This document shows, piece by piece, positions 48,933 to 58,821 of a stretch of 64,000 nucleotides of DNA (its first letter is position 1; the number at the start of each line of letters is the position of its first letter). The notes beneath the pieces are model-generated. The model ran no database searches and was not told the origin of the DNA. It saw nothing but the letters and a program-made list of their open reading frames with translations. The position numbers and the translations under genes were made by a program. The DNA comes from Flavobacterium sp. (GTDB taxonomy: Bacteria; Bacteroidota; Bacteroidia; Flavobacteriales; Flavobacteriaceae), in the NCBI GenBank assembly GCA_018883065.1, contig VEQT01000006.1, forward strand, positions 1,581 through 65,580. Reading direction: 5' to 3'.

Positions 48933-50016
48933 ATTCGCATCCTTCCAACGAATTGATCCATTGGGTAACCAAATCAACGGCCTCTTGGTGTACAATTGAC
49001 CGACCAATAAACGGCATGCGGTAGTTGGGGTCGTTTGTGCTTACACGAGCATAGAGAATCGAGCGATTAATGTCGCCTGGCGTGACCAATTCTCCCGAGA
49101 ATCCAGGCATAAAGTGATTGGGAGAAACACATACGCCCATGTTGGACAAAAGTGTTGTTTTATAGAACTCAAAGCGAAGAGCAAATACCGTAGCATATCC
49201 CCCGTCCCGATGACAATGCGCACAGTTCATATCGACAAAGGAACGCATGCGTAAATCTATTGGTTTACTGGCATCCATATAATTGATTGTCGATTGTGTT
49301 ACTGCCGGGAAATTGGACTCCAAATAACCCGAATCAACCCATTTGCTTAGCTGCAACGACGTTCCATTGGAATAATTTAAATTGAAATTTAAATTTTGTG
49401 GTTTAATACCAATAGGAACAACGGTTTGAGCAATGTTGTGGCAAGCTAAACACTCTGATTCTTTTGGAATTTTATATGTAATTGTTCGGGTAACATTTTG
49501 ATCGTCTATCCAGGTAATGGGCAATGAACTTCCTGTTAGGTTTAATACTGCTTCGGTTTGCTCTTCGTTCCAAACGTATTCGGCAAAAATCCAACCGCTT
49601 TGTTTGCGAATCATGATTCGGGTTTCTATTATTCGTTTGGTATTGGTGGGTTGAACGCGGTTATAAAAAAAATTCTTGATCAAAACAGCACCTACAGGTA
49701 ATTCCAACACAGCATGTTCTGAAATAAATGTGGCTTTGGTTCCTTTAGGCATCCATACAAAACGCGATTTGCTGGCGTAATCAGTAAATAATTCACTAGC
49801 CGGTTTATAAGGAAGAAGTCCAACCGCAGGATTCAACTCTTTTAGTGGCCCTTCAAAGAATTTGTATTCCGATAAGTTTTGATACGGAACCAATGTTAAA
49901 TCAACCAATACGGGTGACTCCTCTATGGGTAGATACGATTCTTCTTGATTACAACTGGTTAAGACCAAGAGCAGTCCAAAAAAAACGATTGATTTTACTA
50001 CAGAAATTTTCATCAT
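48931..50016 (-). CDS. Diheme c-type cytochrome lipoprotein (SO2930-like)
   Basis: Lipobox LTS-C; LFTDYA.K.R, P.G.VL.KNF, IETR; heme motifs CLACH and CAHCH; YRMP. Confidence 0.8.
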   Translation of the reverse strand: MMKISVVKSIVFFGLLLVLTSCNQEESYLPIEESPVLVDLTLVPYQNLSEYKFFEGPLKELNPAVGLLPYKPASELFTDYASKSRFVWMPKGTKATFISEHAVLELPVGAVLIKNFFYNRVQPTNTKRIIETRIMIRKQSGWIFAEYVWNEEQTEAVLNLTGSSLPITWIDDQNVTRTITYKIPKESECLACHNIAQTVVPIGIKPQNLNFNLNYSNGTSLQLSKWVDSGYLESNFPAVTQSTINYMDASKPIDLRMRSFVDMNCAHCHRDGGYATVFALRFEFYKTTLLSNMGVCVSPNHFMPGFSGELVTPGDINRSILYARVSTNDPNYRMPFIGRSIVHQEAVDLVTQWINSLEGCE

Positions 50017-50125
50017 TTGGTGCAAGTGGAACAAAAGTATAAATTCCCCAACATGTGGAACGAATTTAGTCTAAAATATCGCGGCAAACATACTACTTTT
50101 GGATAGAATCCGTTAACGGGTAGGT

Positions 50126-53100
50126 ATGCGTAAACTGTTTGGAATAGTTATGGTGTTGGGAATAGCAAGTGCCGTACAAGCACAAAAGCTAGAGACACCC
50201 TATAAATCAAAAACAATAGCCCCCACCTACGACACCATTCACATTGACAGCGTGAGCATAAATGCTAGTTTTTTTAAAGTGCTCAGCGCCAATAACACGC
50301 CCATTCCCAGTGAATCGTATGAGGTAAATTTCCCTAAAGGCAAGTTGATTTTTAAAAAAAATTACCCCTTGCCTACCGATTCGATTCGCATTCGATATCT
50401 AAAATTTCCAGAACACCTCACCAAAAAATACAGCATTTATGACGATTCAAAAGTGCTCACAACCAATACTAGACAACCCAAATTATTTAGTATTTCACCG
50501 GTAACAACTACCCGTTTTGTTCCTTTTGATGGATTAAATACAAGTGGAAGTATTACAAGAGGAATAACCGTTGGAAATAATCAAAACAGTGTAGTCAACT
50601 CCAATTTAGATTTGCAAATTAGTGGCAAAATATCCGATAAAATTAGCTTACGGGCATCCATTCAGGACAGCAATATTCCGCTGCAAGAAGGAGGATATTC
50701 TCAAAAATTAGATGAATTTGATCAGGTATTCATGGAGTTGTATAGCGATCGATGGGCTATACGGGCCGGTGATTTGTTTATTGAAAACCGAAATTCCAGT
50801 TTTCTTAATTTCAACAAAAAAGTACAAGGTTTGTCGTCGCGTTTTGCATTTGGTTCGCCCGATTCCACTCAAACTGATGTATTTGCATCGGTAGCTTTGG
50901 TGCGCGGCCAATATGCTAAAAGCGCCTTCAATGGGCAAGAAGGCAACCAAGGACCCTATAAATTAAAAGGCACAAATGGCGAATTGTACGTGCTTGTTAT
51001 TTCGGGTTCAGAACGGGTATTTGTAAATGGAATTTTACTTGAACGGGGTGAAAACAAAGACTACATAATTGACTACAACGCAGGTGAAATTGTGTTTACA
51101 TCGCTCTATCCCATTAACTCTGAAATGCGAATAACAATTGAATACCAATACTCCGAACGAAACTACAACCGCATGATTTCGTATTTGGGCGGCTCAGTAA
51201 TGCAAGAAAAATGGAGTATTCGCAGTGCGGTGTATGCCGAAAGTGATCTAAAAAATCAGCCTTTGCAACAATCGCTCACCGACGAACAAATTGCTGTATT
51301 ACAAACTGCTGGTGATAACTCATTGGCCATGTATGCGCCATCGGCCTTTGAAGATACCTATGCGCCAACTAAAGTGCTTTACAAAAAAATTACGCTCAAC
51401 GGATTCACGTATTTTGAATACTCTACCGACGAAACGGCCGTGTTGTATTCGGTTCGGTTTAGTTTACTTGGGCAAAATCAAGGTGATTATGTGCTTTCTA
51501 ATGCGTCGGTAGTGGGCAAAATATTTGAATTTATAGCACCTATAAATGGGGTGAAACAAGGAAATTATGAGCCCGTGATAAAATTGGTGGCCCCTACAAA
51601 AATGCAAATAGCCAATGTAATGGGATCCATTCATCCCAATGAAAAAACAAATATAGACTGGGAATTGGCTGTCAGTCAAAACGATGCAAATTTATTTTCA
51701 AACCTAGACGACTCCGATAATAATGGATTGGCAGGAAAATGGAATGTTTCACAACGGTTGTTGTCTAAAAAATGGGAAGTCAATGCGAGCAGTTCATTTC
51801 AGTACGTACAAAACAATTTCAAAACCATTGAACGGGTAAACAACATAGAATTTGCCCGCGATTGGAATTTGGGCGTTTATTCTGGAAACCAAGGGTTATT
51901 TACTTCGGGCATTGAAGCCATTTTGCCCAAAAAAGGACGTGTAGTTTACCAATATGAAAACCTGAATTTATCCACTTTTTTCTCTGGTAACAAACACCAA
52001 GTAAGTGGATCGTTTCAGTTTGCTAAATGGAATATTCAGCAGAAAGGAAGTGTGATGAAAAGCAATAGTCAATTGGCTACAACGGCCTTTATTCGGGAAA
52101 ACCTACAAGCCAAGTGGCACTATAAAAAAAACTGGATTGGCGGATCAATTCGGCTCGAAGACAACCAAGAACGGCTTAAAAGCACACAAACCTTAACCGG
52201 AATAAGTCAACGATTTAGTGAATTTGGCGGATTTGTTGGGAGAGGCGACAGCACCAAAGTGTACACGCAAATTGGGTATTTACACCGGCGCACAGACAGC
52301 ATTCAAAACGGGCTATTGCAACACGTAAGCCGATCGCATTCGTACATTCTAAAATCAAAAGTATTGCAATCGGAGGCGCGGGATTTGGGCATCTTTATCA
52401 ATTACCGACGACTAGAATTTATTGATCCCAACCGAAAAAACGAACCCTCACTCAATTCAAGAATACTGTACAATGACAACTTTGGTGGCAAATGGACACA
52501 AACCTCTACGGCCTACGAAACAGCATCTGGTACCATTGCACAACAAGAATTTACCTACATTGAGGTACCTCCAGGACAAGGCGTGTATGCCTGGATCGAT
52601 TACAACAACAACGGACTTCAAGAACTAGAAGAGTTTGAGACGGCGCCCTTTCCCGATCAGGCAAAATTTATTCGTGTATTTTTACCCACACAAGTATTTA
52701 TTCAAACGCACCAAAATAAGTTCTCAGAGTCGGTAAGTTTAAACCCTGGTGGGTGGCGAACAAAAACTGGATTTAGAAAGGTGATTTCCTACTTTTACAA
52801 CCAAACCGCCTTTAGCATTGACCGAAAAACCAAAAGAGAGGCCAATCAGTTTAATTTAGATCCGTTTAGTTCATCGGGGCAAACCATTTTGGGACTTCAA
52901 CAAAATTTTAGAAATAGCCTGTTCTTTAACCGCGGAAAACAATACCACTCCATTACCTATACGCTGCTGGAAAGCAAGGTGCAAAACTTGTTGTTATTTG
53001 GTTCACAATATGGAAGCAACCTGGGACATCAATTGCAATACAATCACTTAATTGCAAAAACATGGTTGCTGGGAATGAGTGCAAAAACTGGATTATCAAC

Positions 53101-53539
53101 GCTTAATGTAACTGGACTTAGCGGACGAAATTACCGAATCAGCAGTCAATTTGTGGCACCAAAATTATCCTACATTTTTTCGCAGAATGCCAGTTTAGAT
53201 GTGTTTGTAGAACAACAAAATAAATCCAATGAACTGGGCGAGAATGAACAGCTAAAACAAACCCGCATGGGCAGCTCATTTGCCTACACCGGTGAAAAAA
53301 AAGTAACCCTAAATGGAGAATATTCATTCTACAACAATGCATTTACAGGCAATCCACTCACGCCTGCAGCCTTTCAGATGCTAGAGGGTTTACAACCAGG
53401 CAAAAACAGCACTTGGCGGTTATTGATTCAAAAAAACCTCACCCAATACTTGGAACTCAACCTCAACTACCAAGGCCGAAAAAGCGAGAACAATCCGGTG
53501 GTACATATTGGGTCGGTTCAGCTGAGAGCATATTTTTAA
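50126..53539 (+). CDS. Large uncharacterised outer-membrane beta-barrel protein
   Basis: 1137 aa, signal peptide, alternating beta patterns, C-terminal QLRAYF. Confidence 0.75.
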   Translation: MRKLFGIVMVLGIASAVQAQKLETPYKSKTIAPTYDTIHIDSVSINASFFKVLSANNTPIPSESYEVNFPKGKLIFKKNYPLPTDSIRIRYLKFPEHLTKKYSIYDDSKVLTTNTRQPKLFSISPVTTTRFVPFDGLNTSGSITRGITVGNNQNSVVNSNLDLQISGKISDKISLRASIQDSNIPLQEGGYSQKLDEFDQVFMELYSDRWAIRAGDLFIENRNSSFLNFNKKVQGLSSRFAFGSPDSTQTDVFASVALVRGQYAKSAFNGQEGNQGPYKLKGTNGELYVLVISGSERVFVNGILLERGENKDYIIDYNAGEIVFTSLYPINSEMRITIEYQYSERNYNRMISYLGGSVMQEKWSIRSAVYAESDLKNQPLQQSLTDEQIAVLQTAGDNSLAMYAPSAFEDTYAPTKVLYKKITLNGFTYFEYSTDETAVLYSVRFSLLGQNQGDYVLSNASVVGKIFEFIAPINGVKQGNYEPVIKLVAPTKMQIANVMGSIHPNEKTNIDWELAVSQNDANLFSNLDDSDNNGLAGKWNVSQRLLSKKWEVNASSSFQYVQNNFKTIERVNNIEFARDWNLGVYSGNQGLFTSGIEAILPKKGRVVYQYENLNLSTFFSGNKHQVSGSFQFAKWNIQQKGSVMKSNSQLATTAFIRENLQAKWHYKKNWIGGSIRLEDNQERLKSTQTLTGISQRFSEFGGFVGRGDSTKVYTQIGYLHRRTDSIQNGLLQHVSRSHSYILKSKVLQSEARDLGIFINYRRLEFIDPNRKNEPSLNSRILYNDNFGGKWTQTSTAYETASGTIAQQEFTYIEVPPGQGVYAWIDYNNNGLQELEEFETAPFPDQAKFIRVFLPTQVFIQTHQNKFSESVSLNPGGWRTKTGFRKVISYFYNQTAFSIDRKTKREANQFNLDPFSSSGQTILGLQQNFRNSLFFNRGKQYHSITYTLLESKVQNLLLFGSQYGSNLGHQLQYNHLIAKTWLLGMSAKTGLSTLNVTGLSGRNYRISSQFVAPKLSYIFSQNASLDVFVEQQNKSNELGENEQLKQTRMGSSFAYTGEKKVTLNGEYSFYNNAFTGNPLTPAAFQMLEGLQPGKNSTWRLLIQKNLTQYLELNLNYQGRKSENNPVVHIGSVQLRAYF

Positions 53540-54075
53540 TTAATAATTAAAAAATAATAATTAATAATTACGGCTGTTTGCTGATAGCTATCAGCCACGA
53601 ATGCACGGATTCTTGAAATTCCAATAAGTTAAATTCCAATCCCGAAGCTTCGGGACAAAACTTCGGGACCTAAAACTGGATTATTGGTTTTCGCAACACA
53701 GATTTATAAAATTTGAGAAATAGTTAAAATTTTCAGATTATATACATTTCTTCAATCCGTGTTCCAAAAAAATGTTTACCACGAATGCACGAATTATATA
53801 AATTCCAATACGTTAAAATCCAAATACAGTTGTATACAATTCGCAACACAGATTTATAAAATTTGAGAAATAAGTAAAATTTTTCAGATTATATACATTT
53901 CTTCAATCCGTGTTCAAAAAAATGTTTGCAACGAATGCACGGATGTTTTTTAGATGACAGACAAAAAGAGGTTAGATGAGAGACGTTGCTATGAAATTCC
54001 AATCCCGAAGATTCGGGACCAAAACCTCGGCACCAATAATCATTATAGCGCCACCAAAGACTTCTCTGACCATTA
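53537..54075. repeat. Composite modular intergenic repeat, locus 2 (F..B-b-C-C'-A-B-D)
   Basis: Internal duplication 53691-53793 versus 53841-53944; blocks shared with 16850-17150. Confidence 0.9.
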
Positions 54076-54098
54076 CCATTAGATTGAGCTGGTCACAA

Positions 54099-54128
54099 AA
54101 AAAGTCGAAACGCGCGTTTCGACTTTTT
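54099..54128 (-). terminator. tRNA terminator (perfect 30-bp palindrome)
   Basis: AAAAAGTCGAAACGCGCGTTTCGACTTTTT. Confidence 0.85.
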
Positions 54129-54129
54129 G

Positions 54130-54203
54130 TGGAGAATACCGGAATCGAACCGGTTACCTCTTGCCTGCCAGGCAAGCGCTCTAGCCAAGTGAGCTAATCC
54201 CCC
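54130..54203 (-). tRNA. tRNA-Ala(GGC), CCA not encoded
   Basis: GGGGGATTAGCTCA..; anticodon arm CTTGC-CTGGCAG-GCAAG; T arm ACCGG-TTCGATT-CCGGT; G3:U70 pair; TATATTTG promoter at 54220-54213. Confidence 0.97.
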
Positions 54204-54220
54204 ATTCGGGTGCAAATATA

Positions 54221-55921
54221 TTAAAAAGATGTATTTAACGACAAAGAAACACCAGAACTTTCTGGAACGAAACGGCAAACACCTCCTACACACACTAAAC
54301 CACCTCTTTGTCGGCCGTAATTTAATGATACACGTGTTGCGTTTTTACGATATGAACCTCCAACATTATAGTAATGATTTCGGTAATAGGCCGTATCATT
54401 TCCGTAATTGTACAAATCATATAGGTACATCGAAAATTTCGAGTTAAAATTATATTCAAAGGTAGCCGCTGCCCAATTTTTACGATCATAATCAGCCCAC
54501 ATATGCTCTCCCATAAAACGAACCGATTGTCCTTTATCTAATTTATAAATTATGTCCCCTCCAACAATGTGTGCATTAACTTCGCCTGTAGCGTCTTCGA
54601 TATATTTTTTGTTGTAGTATTGATTGATATAACTCAAAATCGTTTGCCACTTGGGCGACCATTTTTTTGTGATTTCAAAATTGACATCCGAATAAAATCG
54701 TTCTCCAAAACCAAAGAAATCGGTTTTATAATTTTGCGGATTGTAAATATAATAGTCTCCGCTTAGTCCATTAAAATTTGATGCATTCAGCGCAACTTTT
54801 GTGCCGTATTTACCCCCAAATTGAGTTCCTTTTTTAAAGTCGTAAAATAAATCTATTTGCCCCCCAATGTCCCCGGCTTTTACATAGTTGGAGCCAGCTA
54901 AAAGCACGTTGGGTTGTGCCTGGTATACATAAATATTAGCAAGATTATAGTGGTGTTGTTTGGTTAAACTTGGAATGAAATTCATGATTCGATCATTAAA
55001 AATATTTCCTTTAGCACCACGTTCAGAGAAAAAACTCATGTTCTCCATGCGGCGAAACGAACCATCAAGTCCAAATCCTTTTTTTGAATACCCCAAATTA
55101 ATCAACAAAGCACTACCGGGCTTTATCAATTTATTGTCTACTTGACCAGGCGCCTGCACCACAGCATCTTCTGATTTGTAATTGTATTCAGCCGAAAAGT
55201 AAATCGAATTATGTGTCACATTGATACGCCCAGAAACCCCATTGGTTAAGGCATCAAAATTGGGATTTTCGATTGTTGTTTTTTCATAGCGCCCCACATA
55301 ATTACCGCCCAAGGTTAAATCGGTTGTGTTCCATTTTAGGGCTTTAGAAATAGTCCATTCCCAATCGCCACCAAAAATTTCAGACTGTGCCACGTCAAAC
55401 CCTGTACGTTGTTTACCATATATTAATTTGGTAGTGAAAAAAGGGCTCGGTTTAAATATAATTCGTCCTCCACGCAAAGCATTGTTAATGCCTAAAGCCC
55501 GATCTTCCCATGTTCTAAAAAGCAAGCCGCTTCCAAATTGTTCATAGTAATACCCAGCGGTAACGTCTACTTTTTCTCCTTTGTATTGCACAAAATAGGT
55601 AGCTACATTGGTGCCGTTGTATTTTGGATTCATGTTTAACAGCGCATTTTGCTCATATGCTTCGCCTTGAATTCCAGCTATCCATTTCTTGTACGAATAA
55701 TTCACAAATAAATACGAATTGGACCGAAGTGGTTCAGGTGGATGAACCGTTGAGTTGCCATCAATGTCTTTGAGGCCTTTGTCATTTAAATACCACTGGG
55801 CATTCGATTCAAAGCCACCACTAAAGATTCCTTTATCTTTGGATTGTTTTTCAGATTGTGCAAGACTAAGTACAGAAGTCAATAGTGCTACTAAGGCACT
55901 TGTTAGGCGTTTTTTGGTCAT
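54221..55921 (-). CDS. DUF6029 family outer-membrane protein
   Basis: Signal peptide, G.FYEQFGSG, YGRQRGGLVCVGGVCRFVP, C-terminal F. Confidence 0.8.
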   Translation of the reverse strand: MTKKRLTSALVALLTSVLSLAQSEKQSKDKGIFSGGFESNAQWYLNDKGLKDIDGNSTVHPPEPLRSNSYLFVNYSYKKWIAGIQGEAYEQNALLNMNPKYNGTNVATYFVQYKGEKVDVTAGYYYEQFGSGLLFRTWEDRALGINNALRGGRIIFKPSPFFTTKLIYGKQRTGFDVAQSEIFGGDWEWTISKALKWNTTDLTLGGNYVGRYEKTTIENPNFDALTNGVSGRINVTHNSIYFSAEYNYKSEDAVVQAPGQVDNKLIKPGSALLINLGYSKKGFGLDGSFRRMENMSFFSERGAKGNIFNDRIMNFIPSLTKQHHYNLANIYVYQAQPNVLLAGSNYVKAGDIGGQIDLFYDFKKGTQFGGKYGTKVALNASNFNGLSGDYYIYNPQNYKTDFFGFGERFYSDVNFEITKKWSPKWQTILSYINQYYNKKYIEDATGEVNAHIVGGDIIYKLDKGQSVRFMGEHMWADYDRKNWAAATFEYNFNSKFSMYLYDLYNYGNDTAYYRNHYYNVGGSYRKNATRVSLNYGRQRGGLVCVGGVCRFVPESSGVSLSLNTSF

Positions 55922-56400
55922 TATTTTAACTGCTTCAATTTGGCTAATAATTCAACTTCACTGCCCGGCACATAGCCGTTTTGAATGTGTAAAATCTGGT
56001 TGTTTTTTACCACTATTGTGTAGGGAATATTTACAATCGTTAACGCACGTTTTAAATCTTGGTTGGTGTCTAACAAAATAGTATACCCCCAGCCTTTTCC
56101 ATTTACCATTGGTTTAACCCGTTTTTGAGTACGTGCATCATCGGTTGCAACAGCAATAACTTCAAGATTAAGTTCTTTTTTCCAGTCGTCAACAACTTCA
56201 TTCAATTCGTCTAATTCGTTGATACATGGACCACACCAAGTTGCCCAAAATGAAATAAGATATAGTTTGTCTGTTTCAGAAAAATCTTTTTTCAAAAAAA
56301 CAGACTTGCCCTCTAAATTGGTTAAGGCAACATCGGGTAATGTGGTTTGTGCTTTTGCGAGGGTACAAAAAAAGAAAAGGAGTAGAGCAAATTTTTTCAT
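55921..56400 (-). CDS. TlpA-family thiol-disulfide oxidoreductase (exported)
   Basis: Signal peptide, SFWATWCGPC, LLDTNQ, cis-Pro IPYT; TAATG overlap with the DUF6029 gene. Confidence 0.93.
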   Translation of the reverse strand: MKKFALLLFFFCTLAKAQTTLPDVALTNLEGKSVFLKKDFSETDKLYLISFWATWCGPCINELDELNEVVDDWKKELNLEVIAVATDDARTQKRVKPMVNGKGWGYTILLDTNQDLKRALTIVNIPYTIVVKNNQILHIQNGYVPGSEVELLAKLKQLK

Positions 56401-56499
56401 AAAGGAACATAATATTTGTGCAAATGAATAAATAATCTTACGAAAAGTAAAGTATTTTTCTTTTTATTTGTGGACAGAAAACTATTACTTTGATTTATT

Positions 56500-57363
56500 A
56501 TGAAAACAAAGGTTTTAAGCGCACTTTTTGGTATATTGATTTTATTGATTTCTTGTCAAGAAACCAACATTATTAAAAACCTTCCTGATGGATCTTCATC
56601 TGCGCCAGCTGTGACCGGTTTTTTTAAGAAAAATGTGTTAATCGAAGATTATACGGGCACATGGTGTGGAAATTGTACTCGTGTTTCATGGGCGATGAAA
56701 GAAGCCGAAGCTATTTCGGATAAAGTTGTACCGGTAGCCATTCATAACGGCAACGACCCGTATCATTATCAAGGAATTGCGCCTTTAAAAAACCTAATTT
56801 TACCCAATTCTCCTCTTGCATTACCAGTTTCTCGACTCAACCGCATGGAAGTTTGGAGTTTCCCGGAAACATCCAACGTGCAACAAGCTATTGACTTAAC
56901 AAGCAACAACACAACCATAGGAATTGCAATGAGTTCAATTGTAACAAATGGTACTATTGATTTGAATGTTAAAATAAAATGTTTAGAAGATTACTCCAAT
57001 TTAAAATTAGTAGTCTATTTATTGGAGGACAAGTTGTATTTCTTGCAACGCAACTACAACCTTGATTTATACAACGGAGAAAATCCAATTGTTAGCTTTG
57101 AACACAATCACGTATTACGCGCGTCCCTAACCGATATATTAGGGGAGCCGATTGGTTCGATCAATGAAGGCGAAACAGTTGAAAAAAGGTTTCAAATTCC
57201 TATTCCAACCGTTACTTCTCCTCCAAACTTTAGCAATATTCCACAAATTAACCCTGAGAACATTAGTTTTGTTGCGTTTGTAATCCGCGCTGACGACAAT
57301 AAAGCAATTAATGCAAGAGCGTCGCACGCCAATGAAAATCAGGATTTTCAAGTAAACCCATAA
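56500..57363 (+). CDS. Omp28-related lipoprotein
   Basis: Lipobox LIS-C; VLIEDYTGTWCGNC, VAIH, LVVYLLED, HNHVLR. Confidence 0.88.
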   Translation: MKTKVLSALFGILILLISCQETNIIKNLPDGSSSAPAVTGFFKKNVLIEDYTGTWCGNCTRVSWAMKEAEAISDKVVPVAIHNGNDPYHYQGIAPLKNLILPNSPLALPVSRLNRMEVWSFPETSNVQQAIDLTSNNTTIGIAMSSIVTNGTIDLNVKIKCLEDYSNLKLVVYLLEDKLYFLQRNYNLDLYNGENPIVSFEHNHVLRASLTDILGEPIGSINEGETVEKRFQIPIPTVTSPPNFSNIPQINPENISFVAFVIRADDNKAINARASHANENQDFQVNP

Positions 57364-57605
57364 AATATTGACAGGTGTTTTTGAGGTGTTCTGAGGTACA
57401 CTTGAGTAACTTTCAAAATTTTTATTTCCTTAGTTTACGAGGGTTGTTTAAATAAAAACCAAACCTATACTCCATACTAATTTTATAGTTGGAATTTGTC
57501 ACATAAACACAGAGGCATTAAGAAGGAACGTCATTAGTCGTATTACGGATCTAAAAACCAAATGGATTTAGAATAAATCGTATTTTTGCCCAGTAAATTT
57601 TCCAT

Positions 57606-58058
57606 ATGAGTCGCATTCGCATCACCAAACAATTCAATTTTGAAACCGGACACGCCCTTTACGGCTACGACGGAAAATGCAAAAATGTGCATGGACACAG
57701 CTACAAATTATCGGTTACCGTAATTGGCACGCCGATCACCGACCGCGACAACGTAAAATTTGGCATGGTGATTGACTTTAGTGATTTAAAAAAAATTGTG
57801 AAAGAAGAAATCGTCGATCAGTTTGATCACGCCACGGTGTTTAATCAAACTACGCCACACGTTTCATTGGCCAAGGAACTAAGCGATCGTGGACACCATG
57901 TTATTTTGGTTGATTACCAGCCCACCAGTGAAAATATGGTTATTGATTTTGCTAAAAAAATCAAAAATCGACTACCCGAAAGCATTCAATTGCATTCCCT
58001 AAAACTACAAGAAACCGATTCTTCGTTTGCCGAATGGTATGCGAGTGACAACCACTAG
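57606..58058 (+). CDS. queD: 6-carboxytetrahydropterin synthase
   Basis: FETGHAL, CKNVHGHSY, DF, FDHA, PTSEN, QET. Confidence 0.9.
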   Translation: MSRIRITKQFNFETGHALYGYDGKCKNVHGHSYKLSVTVIGTPITDRDNVKFGMVIDFSDLKKIVKEEIVDQFDHATVFNQTTPHVSLAKELSDRGHHVILVDYQPTSENMVIDFAKKIKNRLPESIQLHSLKLQETDSSFAEWYASDNH

Positions 58059-58065
58059 ATTTGCT

Positions 58066-58821
58066 ATGTCATCTGCTCCTTCCAAAAAAATATACTTTGC
58101 TTCCGACCAACATTTTGGTGCGCCCACTGCAGCATTGAGTTTTCCACGCGAACAAAAATTTGTACAATGGTTGGATCAAATTAAGAGCGATGCCGAGGCC
58201 ATTTTCTTACTGGGTGATTTATTTGATTTTTGGTTTGAATACAAAAAAGTAGTGCCCAAAGGCTTTATTCGGGTGTTGGGCAAATTAGCCGAATTGCGTG
58301 ATCAAGGCATTCCGATTTACTTTTTTGTGGGCAACCACGATTTATGGATGAATGATTATTTTGAAACCGAACTCCAAATTCCCGTATACCACAACAACCG
58401 TGAATTTACCTTTTTTGATCATACGTTTTTAATAGGCCATGGCGACGGAAAAGGCCCAGGTGACAAAGGCTACAAACGAATGAAAAAGGTGTTCATTCAC
58501 CCCATTTCTAAATGGATTTTTCGCTGGTTACATCCCGACATTGGCGTATCATTAGCACACTATTTGTCTGTAAAAAACAAATTAATTTCAGGCGAAGCCG
58601 ACGTAAAATTTTTAGGCGAAGACAACGAATGGCTGGTGCAATATGCCAAACGAAAACTACAGCGCAAACACTACAACTACTTGGTGTTTGGACACCGGCA
58701 TTTGCCCATGAATATTGAAGTGGGACCCAATTCAAATTACATCAACTTGGGCGACTGGATTGGCTATTTTACCTATGGCGTATTTGATGGCCAACAGTTT
58801 GAGCTCAAAAAATTCGACTAA
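58066..58821 (+). CDS. lpxH: UDP-2,3-diacylglucosamine diphosphatase
   Basis: SDQHFG, LGDLFDFW, GNHD, HGDG, FGHRH, NLGDW. Confidence 0.9.
   Translation: MSSAPSKKIYFASDQHFGAPTAALSFPREQKFVQWLDQIKSDAEAIFLLGDLFDFWFEYKKVVPKGFIRVLGKLAELRDQGIPIYFFVGNHDLWMNDYFETELQIPVYHNNREFTFFDHTFLIGHGDGKGPGDKGYKRMKKVFIHPISKWIFRWLHPDIGVSLAHYLSVKNKLISGEADVKFLGEDNEWLVQYAKRKLQRKHYNYLVFGHRHLPMNIEVGPNSNYINLGDWIGYFTYGVFDGQQFELKKFD

Noticed and set aside
53580-54075. CRISPR array in the repeat clusters (also 16850-17334 and 42984-43165)
   Set aside because: No constant 25-45 bp repeat with regular unique spacers, modules vary in length and order, and no cas genes are present
53540-54130. Prophage or ICE at tRNA-Ala
   Set aside because: No integrase and no duplicated tRNA 3' end (attR) visible in the window
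53972-54293. ORFs 53972-54175, 53976-54197 and 54093-54293 as full genes
   Set aside because: They overlap the tRNA-Ala and its terminator; only the module D codon pattern is kept as a hypothesis
57364-57605. preQ1 riboswitch before queD (or before yhhQ at 1264-1335)
   Set aside because: No AGAGGUUCUAG..CCCUCU..AAAAAACUA-type architecture could be folded by eye
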